A DNA stretch of 64,000 nucleotides. Origin: a bacterium (GTDB lineage Bacteria; Omnitrophota; Gorgyraeia; Duberdicusellales; 4484-171). Positions 16,882-23,706 of this stretch are shown here, piece by piece; within the stretch, counting starts at the first letter, position 1, and every line of letters starts with the position of its first letter. The stretch lies in NCBI GenBank assembly GCA_021796115.1, contig JAJYOP010000002.1, forward strand, positions 6,842 through 70,841, written 5' to 3'. Under the pieces are notes generated by a model, which was given only the letters and a program-made list of their open reading frames with translations, had not been told where the DNA came from and made no database searches. Both the position numbers and the translations under genes were made by a program.

Positions 16882-16957
16882 ACGGATGTCACGGATTGTT
16901 GCGGATTCAGGCGGATGTATTTATCCGTGGCATCCTCAACCACCCGTTTGCATCCGT
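16882..16957. repeat. ACGGAT/ATCCGT word array between tRNA-Thr and the MFS gene
   Basis: (A/G)CGGAT occurs at 16882, 16891, 16901 and 16911. ATCCGT occurs at 16923 and 16952. Contains ATTTATCCGTG at 16919-16929. Confidence 0.85.
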
Positions 16958-16964
16958 GTTCACG

Positions 16965-17037
16965 AGCCCACGAGAGGGGTCGAACCTCCGACCTGCGCTT
17001 TACGAAAGCGCTGCTCTGCCAACTGAGCTACGTGGGC
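16965..17037 (-). tRNA. tRNA-Thr (anticodon CGU)
   Basis: Cloverleaf read by hand: acceptor GCCCACG/CGTGGGC, D-arm GCTC..GAGC, anticodon stem GCGCT/AGCGC with loop TTCGTAA, T-arm GGAGG-TTCGACC-CCTCT. No encoded CCA. Confidence 0.9.
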
Positions 17038-17143
17038 GAAAAATCGTTATGTAGTTTGTTATTGGTAGTTCGTAGTTTGTTTAAATAAGACCGGCATCCC
17101 TCATCCACCCAATTACAAACTACCAACTATTCTCTTCTTGTAG

Positions 17144-17172
17144 ATTGTAACAAAAACAGAAAAATATCACAA
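17144..17172 (-). promoter_or_regulatory. Sigma70-type promoter TTGTGA-17-TACAAT upstream of tRNA-Thr
   Basis: The minus strand reads TTGTGAtatttttctgtttttgtTACAAT. The predicted leader of about 100 nt contains the TAGTT word hairpin. Confidence 0.45.
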
Positions 17173-17313
17173 GCATTTTGAAATAGTTTTCACAAAATTA
17201 ATGTGTTTCATTACCCCCTCGCTCCTTTCAGTCGTTTGGGGGTAATTCGGCTACGCAACTTTTCTGCGCTCTATTTGGTCGCTTGAAAAGTTGCTGCCTC
17301 ATTAAAAAATTTC

Positions 17314-17342
17314 TTGCAAGAGTCAGTAAATATTGTTAAATT
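17314..17342 (+). promoter_or_regulatory. Sigma70-type promoter TTGCAA-17-TAAATT directly upstream of nspC
   Basis: TTGCAA at 17314-17319 and TAAATT at 17337-17342. The ATG at 17350 lies only 7 nt after the -10 element and has no SD. Confidence 0.4.
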
Positions 17343-17349
17343 AAATTAT

Positions 17350-18453
17350 ATGAAAATAAAAACGCCTTATTATTTTATTCACGAAAAAAAAATATTGCAA
17401 AATTTAAAAAAATTTGATTATCTCCGAAAAAATTCAGGCGCAAAAATCATACTAGCCTTGAAATGCTTTTCTACCTGGTCAGTTTTCCCATTAATGAAGA
17501 AATATATGGACGGCACGACTTCAAGCTCATTATATGAAGCACGTTTAGGCCGGGAAAAGTTTGGCAAAGAAGTTCATGCTTACGGTGTGGCTTTTTCTAA
17601 AGAAGAAATAGGCGAAATAAAAAAATATGCCGATAAGGTAATTTTTAATTCCCTTTCTCAATTGAAGATGTTTTATCGGGAAGTTAAAAATTTAAAAATC
17701 GGTATACGGATAAATCCGAAAATCAGTTATTCGCGCTTTACGCTTGCTGATCCGGCAAGAAAATATTCCCGGCTTGGGGCAGTTGATAAAAAAGCCATTC
17801 TGGGTATAGCAAATCTTATCAGCGGAGCAATGTTTCACTTTAATTGCGAGAACGATAATTTTGAGAATTTTTCGCAAAACTTAGATACAATTGATAGAAA
17901 CTTTGGCAATATTTTAAAAAAGTTAAAATGGGTCAGCCTTGGCGGTGGGATTTATTTTACTAAAGCCGGTTATCCACTGGAAAAGTTTGCAAAAAAAATA
18001 AAGCAGTTTTCCGATAAGTTCGGCATCGAAGTATATCTTGAACCAGGAGAGTCAGCTATAACGCAATCTGCAGAGCTTGTAACCAAGGTGCTTGATGTCG
18101 TGCATAATGAAGCAGATGTTGCGATAGTTGATTCCTCTACTGAAGCCCATATGCTTGATTTACTTACTTATCGCTTGACTGCAAAAATTGACGAAAAATT
18201 TTTAGGAAAGTTTAAATATATACTAGCTGGAAGATCGTGCCTTGCCGGAGATATATTCGGTACTTTTAATTTTAAATCACGGCTTAAGGCCGGAAGCATA
18301 ATACGGATTAAAGATGTTGCAGGCTATACCATGGTTAAGAAAAATTGGTTTAACGGTCTTCAGATGCCTTCTATAGTTATAAAAAGATTAAATGGCGCAA
18401 TAGAAGTTATGCGTCATTTTGGATATAGAGATTTTAAAAATAGCTTGTCATAA
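17350..18453 (+). CDS. nspC: Carboxynorspermidine/carboxyspermidine decarboxylase
   Basis: MKIKTPYYFIHEKKILQNL start. Alanine-racemase-fold PLP decarboxylase pattern (LALKCFS, SLGGG, EPGE.., CLAGD) at the typical length. Confidence 0.8.
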   Translation: MKIKTPYYFIHEKKILQNLKKFDYLRKNSGAKIILALKCFSTWSVFPLMKKYMDGTTSSSLYEARLGREKFGKEVHAYGVAFSKEEIGEIKKYADKVIFNSLSQLKMFYREVKNLKIGIRINPKISYSRFTLADPARKYSRLGAVDKKAILGIANLISGAMFHFNCENDNFENFSQNLDTIDRNFGNILKKLKWVSLGGGIYFTKAGYPLEKFAKKIKQFSDKFGIEVYLEPGESAITQSAELVTKVLDVVHNEADVAIVDSSTEAHMLDLLTYRLTAKIDEKFLGKFKYILAGRSCLAGDIFGTFNFKSRLKAGSIIRIKDVAGYTMVKKNWFNGLQMPSIVIKRLNGAIEVMRHFGYRDFKNSLS

Positions 18454-18457
18454 ATAC

Positions 18458-18552
18458 GTTACAAATGTTACGAAAGTTATGTAGGTTACATTTAAATCAA
18501 TAACGTTTAATGTAACTTTTGCAACCCTCATAACATCCGTAACCTTCGTAAC
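18458..18552. repeat. 9-nt-periodic GTTAC (x4) / GTAAC (x5) inverted pentamer array
   Basis: GTTAC-type words at 18458, 18467, 18476 (GTTAT) and 18485. GTAAC-type words at 18512, 18521 (GCAAC), 18530 (ATAAC), 18539 and 18548. All steps are exactly 9 nt. Confidence 0.9.
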
Positions 18553-18578
18553 GTTATTAATTAGGAGGATGAAATACG

Positions 18579-19811
18579 ATGAAAAAAAATGTACTGATTG
18601 TTGGTGCCGGCGGAGTTGCGCATGTGGCTGCACATAAATGCGCCATGGCCAATGATATCCTTGGTGATATCTGCATTGCTTCGCGAACGAAAGTTAAATG
18701 CGATAAAATCATCGAAAGTATTAAATTAAAAAATCACATAAAGGACAAAACAAAAGAAATATATTCACGCGAAATAAACGCTCTCGATGTTTCCGCTATG
18801 GTCAATTTGATAAAAAAAACTAATTCGCAAATCGTAATGAACCTCGCGCAGGCTTATACTAACATGTCTATTCTTGAAGCATGCATTAAGGCGGGGGTTG
18901 CTTATATGGATACTGCCATACATGAAGAGCCGAATAAGGTTTGTGAAGACCCGCCTTGGTATGCAAATTATGAATGGAAAAGGAAAGACCGATGTAAGGA
19001 AAATGGCATCACAGCCATTTTGGGTATAGGATTTGACCCTGGCGTAGTGAATGCCTATTGTGCTTTAGCCGTAAAAAAATATTTTGATACGATAGATACC
19101 ATTGATATTCTTGATGTTAATATCGGCAATCATGGAAAATATTTTGCAACTAATTTTGACCCGGAGATCAATTTCCGGGAATTTAAAAAAGTCTGGACCT
19201 GGATTGATCGAAAATGGGTAATGGAAAGGGTCCATTCAATAAAAAAATTCTATGATTTCCCAGTCGTAGGCAAGCAGCCCGTCTATTTAAACGGCCACGA
19301 TGAACTGCACTCGTTATCAAAGAATATCGATGCAAATACTATACGTTTCTGGATGGGTTTTAGTGACCATTATATAAATGTTTTTACCGTTCTTACCAAT
19401 TTGGGGCTTACTTCGGAAAAACCTATTAAAACGGCAGAGGGGTTAGAGGTTGTGCCGCTAAAAGTTTTAAAGGCTATTCTGCCTGACCCATCTTCGCTTG
19501 CACCCAATTACACAGGGAAGACATGCATTGGAAACCTTATAAAAGGAAAAAAATCTGGCAAAAATAAAGAAATATTTATTTACAATATTTGCGATCATAC
19601 CGTCTGTTATAAAGAAGTTGAATCGCAGGCGATTTCTTATACTGCCGGTGTTCCGCCGGTCGCCGCAGCGATATTGATTGCAAAAAATATTTGGGATGTA
19701 AAAACAATGGTTAATGTGGAAGAATTAGACCCAGAACCTTTTATCGGGTTATTAAATCTCATGGGCTTACCAACAGAGGTAGTAGAAAGAGATACTTACT
19801 CTGATTTTTAA
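18579..19811 (+). CDS. Carboxynorspermidine synthase/dehydrogenase (saccharopine dehydrogenase family)
   Basis: MKKNVLIVGAGGVAHVAAHK Rossmann motif. About 410 aa, adjacent to nspC. SD AGGAGG upstream. Confidence 0.8.
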   Translation: MKKNVLIVGAGGVAHVAAHKCAMANDILGDICIASRTKVKCDKIIESIKLKNHIKDKTKEIYSREINALDVSAMVNLIKKTNSQIVMNLAQAYTNMSILEACIKAGVAYMDTAIHEEPNKVCEDPPWYANYEWKRKDRCKENGITAILGIGFDPGVVNAYCALAVKKYFDTIDTIDILDVNIGNHGKYFATNFDPEINFREFKKVWTWIDRKWVMERVHSIKKFYDFPVVGKQPVYLNGHDELHSLSKNIDANTIRFWMGFSDHYINVFTVLTNLGLTSEKPIKTAEGLEVVPLKVLKAILPDPSSLAPNYTGKTCIGNLIKGKKSGKNKEIFIYNICDHTVCYKEVESQAISYTAGVPPVAAAILIAKNIWDVKTMVNVEELDPEPFIGLLNLMGLPTEVVERDTYSDF

Positions 19812-19881
19812 TTTCGAAAAAAATATTTCGATGGTCGGGGGCTGTTCGATAAAAAAATTTGCAAAAAAAATAAAAATTTTC

Positions 19882-19910
19882 TTGCAAATTCACGAGAAAT
19901 GTGTTATAAA
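19882..19910 (+). promoter_or_regulatory. Sigma70-type promoter TTGCAA-17-TATAAA with a TGn extended -10
   Basis: TTGCAA at 19882-19887, tgtTATAAA at 19902-19910. This predicts a leader of about 290 nt before ATG 20207. Confidence 0.45.
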
Positions 19911-20206
19911 AAAATTAAATAGTATTTTAGTGATAATGTGCATGAGAAGAAACGAAAAAAAATTTTATAAAAAAGATGGCAGCCCAAAAATCTTCAATTA
20001 CTGACGACCATTCAAACAGCGCAAGGGCTCGGCTCCTTGAAGAACCCTTGCCTCCTGCCTCAAACACTCTTCTTGTAAAAGTAAACGAAATATTGGCGGA
20101 TGGTAAATTTAGGGAGTTGAAGCTTAAAAATAAAAGTATAGAATTGGAAACTAATATTTTAAATAAAAGTTCAACGGATAATTCTAAAAGGAGGAAACAT
20201 AGAGAG

Positions 20207-20566
20207 ATGAAAAAAACAGTGTTTGGCTACGAATTAGTCATGGATCTTTCTGGGTGTGATTTGGCGGTTATGAGTTCAAAGAAAAAACTTGCAGAATATG
20301 TTGATAAACTTTGCAAGCTTATAGATATGAAAAAATATGGCAAGGTGCAATTACCATATTTTGGTCTGGAAAAACCGCACACAAAAGGATATTCACTTTT
20401 GCAATTTATAGAAACCAGTTCTATCACCGGGCATTTTTCTGAATATTGGCGTAAAAGCTATATCAATGTTTTTTCCTGCAAACCTTACGACCATAAACTG
20501 GCCGCAGAATTTACGAAAAAGTTTTTCGGGGCAAAACACGCAAAAATCCACCTGCTTGTACGCTAA
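20207..20566 (+). CDS. Small AdoMetDC-fold (SpeH/SpeD class 1b-like) pyruvoyl-type decarboxylase homologue
   Basis: 119 aa from the ATG preceded by AAAGGAGGA. GYELVMDLSGCD and FIETSSITGHFSEY align by eye to B. subtilis SpeD GRHVISELWGCD and ISESHLTIHSFPEH. The in-frame upstream extension to 19976 is considered unlikely. Confidence 0.6.
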   Translation: MKKTVFGYELVMDLSGCDLAVMSSKKKLAEYVDKLCKLIDMKKYGKVQLPYFGLEKPHTKGYSLLQFIETSSITGHFSEYWRKSYINVFSCKPYDHKLAAEFTKKFFGAKHAKIHLLVR

Positions 20567-20576
20567 AGAGGTCTTT

Positions 20577-20882
20577 CTATTCTATTATCTTCAGGATAGT
20601 TAAGCCATGCGGCAATTGTTTTTTAAGTTTTTCTTGTAATTCCTGAGGCGTTATATTTTTGCTGAAATAAAAGGTTACTTCCTCTTCTCCCTCCACGCCT
20701 AATTTTAATGCCCGAGAAAAACTAAGTTTTACTCTCGGACGAAAACCTTGAGTGAAATAAAGCGGCAATTCTGCTCTTCTTAAGGCACGTTCTAATACGA
20801 GGCCTAAATCGATTTGGGAGAAATAAATCATTTCATCACTTTTTTTAATCACAGCTTTTATTAAAAACCTTTGTTCATTCAT
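20577..20882 (-). CDS. Short DUF2344/TIGR03936-like radical-SAM-associated protein
   Basis: IDLGLVLERALRRAELPLYFTQGFRPRVKLSFSRALKLGVEGEEE matches the family N-terminal half. It is only 101 aa. Confidence 0.55.
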   Translation of the reverse strand: MNEQRFLIKAVIKKSDEMIYFSQIDLGLVLERALRRAELPLYFTQGFRPRVKLSFSRALKLGVEGEEEVTFYFSKNITPQELQEKLKKQLPHGLTILKIIE

Positions 20883-22530
20883 GTTTTTTTAAATTGCATT
20901 CCGGTAATCCCGTATTGATAAATGACCAGGGAAAGTTTATGGTTTCCGCTTTTAAATAAGCGGCGCAATCGATATGGTTTTTAGACATTGCTTCTTGCCA
21001 GATTAGCCAGTTTCCTGCGGCATTCCGGTTATTGCAAGATGCTTTAGAAACATCCAAGATAACCGAAGAAAATTTTCTGTCTGCCCTTGAGATTATCGCT
21101 TCTAAAATGCTTTTTTCTACCGGCGATATCGAAATATTAATACTGCGGCGTTTGGGTAAACCATTTTTAACTATATTTATCTTGTCAAGAAGAGTATCCT
21201 TTTCAGCCATTGTTGCATCCTCCCGGAGCGAAAATGGTTTTGGCACAAAAACATTAATGCTGACATTCAAAGAAAGATGGGTTTCTTGATTAAGCTTTTC
21301 TAAAAATAATCCAATCGCTCTCAGATCTTCCTCGGTCTCCTCTTTGAAGCCGATCATAAAATAAAGTTTTATGTGCTTGAGATTGAAGGTGCGTATTAAC
21401 CTTGCCGTTTCAAAAAGTTTTTTTATGTCGATTTTCTTTCCAATATGATTGCGTAAGGAATCATTTGCACTTTCAATAGCGACGGTCAGGGAAGTTTTAC
21501 GTAAAAGATGCAATTTGGAATATAGTTTTCCAAGAATATCGTCCGCTCTTAAAGAAGGAAGCGCCAATCCTATCCGTTTTTGCTTAAACTCAGCAAACAA
21601 AATATCTATAAGTTCCTCGATTTGTGAATAATCGGAGCTGGATAGCGATAATAAAGAAAAATTTTCATACCCGCTGTTTTTGTATATTTCTCTTATGATA
21701 CGGCAGACTGTTTCGGCTTTTTTTTCTCGATAGGGATAATACATTGCCCGGGCCTGACAAAAAGTACAGCGGTTTGGGCACCCTCGTGCAATTTCGATAG
21801 GTACTCTGTCGTGAACTATTGCCGTATGCGGAGTAAGCCATTTTAAAGGATAATGACTTTTATCCAGATTGCTAACGTAAGTCCGTTTAACCGGCAATTT
21901 GGCATATGAATAAATCTTATTGAATTCATATTTATCATTTTTAAGTTCCGCAGAATAAAAAGCCGGGACATAAAAGCCTTCGATTTCGCAAAGCGCTTCC
22001 AGCCGGCTTTTTTTATCTTTGTATTTGCGCAAAACTTCAATAAACGAGGCGGTACCCGCTTCAAACTCCCCGATATAAAACACATCGACGAAATCAGCCA
22101 AGCTTTCAGGGTTTGCGATGCCTCCGCCAAGAACGATTAAATCTTTTCTTGCGCGGGAAAAAAGAGGTATTTTTGCCAGGCTCAAAATATATAAAAAATT
22201 AACAAAATTCAACTCATAATTAAAATTGAATCCCAAAACTTCGAAATTAGCTAAAGGAGTTTTTGTTTCCAGCGAAAATAGTTTTTGGTTATTGTTGAGC
22301 AAAAAGTTATTAAAATCTTCGCCGGGAAAAAATGCTCTTTCACAGACTATATCGTCAGAATCATTTAATAGAGAGTAGATTATCCGAAGGCCTAAGTTGG
22401 ACATTCCGATTTCGTAGGAATCAGGATAGCAAAGGCATATCGGTATACGTTTATTATGGGATTTTTTGATAACATTCCACTCGTTACCAATATATCTTTG
22501 GGGATGTTGGAATAATTTGAAGTCTATCAT
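20875..22530 (-). CDS. B12-binding-domain radical SAM protein (TIGR03960-like)
   Basis: Cluster ARGCPNRCTFCQA (CxxxCxxC). N-terminal B12-binding-like region. Overlaps the downstream DUF2344 partner by 8 nt. Confidence 0.75.
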   Translation of the reverse strand: MIDFKLFQHPQRYIGNEWNVIKKSHNKRIPICLCYPDSYEIGMSNLGLRIIYSLLNDSDDIVCERAFFPGEDFNNFLLNNNQKLFSLETKTPLANFEVLGFNFNYELNFVNFLYILSLAKIPLFSRARKDLIVLGGGIANPESLADFVDVFYIGEFEAGTASFIEVLRKYKDKKSRLEALCEIEGFYVPAFYSAELKNDKYEFNKIYSYAKLPVKRTYVSNLDKSHYPLKWLTPHTAIVHDRVPIEIARGCPNRCTFCQARAMYYPYREKKAETVCRIIREIYKNSGYENFSLLSLSSSDYSQIEELIDILFAEFKQKRIGLALPSLRADDILGKLYSKLHLLRKTSLTVAIESANDSLRNHIGKKIDIKKLFETARLIRTFNLKHIKLYFMIGFKEETEEDLRAIGLFLEKLNQETHLSLNVSINVFVPKPFSLREDATMAEKDTLLDKINIVKNGLPKRRSINISISPVEKSILEAIISRADRKFSSVILDVSKASCNNRNAAGNWLIWQEAMSKNHIDCAAYLKAETINFPWSFINTGLPECNLKKHE

Positions 22531-22541
22531 TTTATATAGAG

Positions 22542-22573
22542 GTTACGAAAGTTGTGTAGGTTACGAAGGTTAC
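22542..22573. repeat. 9-nt-periodic GTTAC array (four direct units)
   Basis: GTTAC 22542, GTTGT 22551, GTTAC 22560, GTTAC 22569. Positions 22542-22564 match 18467-18489 at 22 of 23 nt. Confidence 0.9.
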
Positions 22574-22607
22574 AATTTAATCCATTATTTTTGCAATATC
22601 AGCAACA

Positions 22608-23705
22608 TTATTGTTGCCTGCAAATATTAAAAAATATACCTAGCAGCATGAAGCTTACTAATAAATGCGTGCCGCCATAGCTTACAAAAAGAAGCGGAAC
22701 TCCCACAACCGGCAGGATGCCGAGAGTCATTCCGATATTGATAAAGACATGCAAAAAGAAAAGGAAGGCGGTGCCTAAAATGACAAACCTGGCGAAATTA
22801 TCTTTTTGATATTTTGCAACACGGCTGATGTTATTGATAACCGTTATATAGATTAAAAAAAGAAAGAAACAACCAATAAACCCCCACTCCTCAGCGATAA
22901 CGGTAAAGATAAAATCGGTATGCCTTTCCGGAAGGAAATTAAATTGATTTTGCGTCCCGGAAAGAAAACCCTTGCCGAAAAACTTTCCTGAACCTATTGC
23001 TATTTTTGATTGTATTATAGTATAGCCTGCGCCTAGCGGCTCGGCGTTAGGATTCAAAAAAACAATGAGCCGCTTTTTCTGATAATCCTTCATGTGATTC
23101 CAGACAAAAGGCGAAATTAACAGCGCAGCGATTATCATTGCCACGAAATATCTTTTTTTATTCGCGGAAGCAAAGCCCATCAGGAAAAATAAAAAAATAA
23201 GAATTAAAGCAGTGCCTAAATCCGGCTGCTTGGCGATCAATATGACATTGAACATTACCAGAGTAAAAGGGACCAGAGCACCCTTTATAAACCCTTTATT
23301 TACATCATGTACAAAGAATCTAGCCAAAAGAAAAATCGTTATCAATTTTGACAACTCCGAAGGCTGGAAATTAAATCCCCCAACGTTAAGCCAGCGTTGC
23401 GCACCAAGTGCACGCCTGCCAAATAAATCAACCGCAAGCAACAATAGTATGTTTATTACGTAAAAGACATACGCAAAATCGAACCAAATCCGATAATTTA
23501 CCAGCGAAAAGATAATTAAAATTACCCAGGCGATAACGACCCAGATTATTTCTTTGTAAAATATGTCCAGGTCTTCCATTTTACCTGCCTGATGCAAACT
23601 GCTATATATTGATGCCAAGCTTATTGCGGTTAAAATTAAGAGGCAGATGGCTACGATTTTACGGGGAGTATAATTCAATTGTTTGTTAAATATGGCGCTT
23701 ATCAT
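22608..23705 (-). CDS. rodA: Rod shape-determining SEDS protein RodA
   Basis: FtsW/RodA/SpoVE family TM pattern (NFQPSELSKL, PDLGTALI, PERHTDFIF). Immediately downstream of PBP2. Confidence 0.9.
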   Translation of the reverse strand: MISAIFNKQLNYTPRKIVAICLLILTAISLASIYSSLHQAGKMEDLDIFYKEIIWVVIAWVILIIFSLVNYRIWFDFAYVFYVINILLLLAVDLFGRRALGAQRWLNVGGFNFQPSELSKLITIFLLARFFVHDVNKGFIKGALVPFTLVMFNVILIAKQPDLGTALILIFLFFLMGFASANKKRYFVAMIIAALLISPFVWNHMKDYQKKRLIVFLNPNAEPLGAGYTIIQSKIAIGSGKFFGKGFLSGTQNQFNFLPERHTDFIFTVIAEEWGFIGCFFLFLIYITVINNISRVAKYQKDNFARFVILGTAFLFFLHVFINIGMTLGILPVVGVPLLFVSYGGTHLLVSFMLLGIFFNICRQQ

Positions 23706-23706
23706 A

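Noticed and set aside
16872-16943. 24-aa N-terminal extension of the MFS transporter
   Set aside because: It reads through the ACGGAT word array. The typical MFS N-terminus starts at ATG 16871.
16965-17037. tRNA genes as possible integration sites for mobile islands (also at 38542-38829 and 49950-50022)
   Set aside because: No integrase, direct repeat of a tRNA 3' end, or compositionally distinct gene block flanks any of the four tRNAs.
18458-18552. Periodic repeats that might be mistaken for a mini CRISPR array
   Set aside because: The period is 9 nt with 5-nt words and 4-nt gaps, so there are no spacer-sized unique segments. The array is under 100 nt, has inverted halves, and no cas genes are present in the window.
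19976-20206. 77-aa in-frame N-terminal extension of the AdoMetDC-fold gene
   Set aside because: A consensus SD precedes the internal ATG at 20207. Homologues of this fold are about 120 aa, and the extension is low-complexity. It is kept as an open question in the leader finding.
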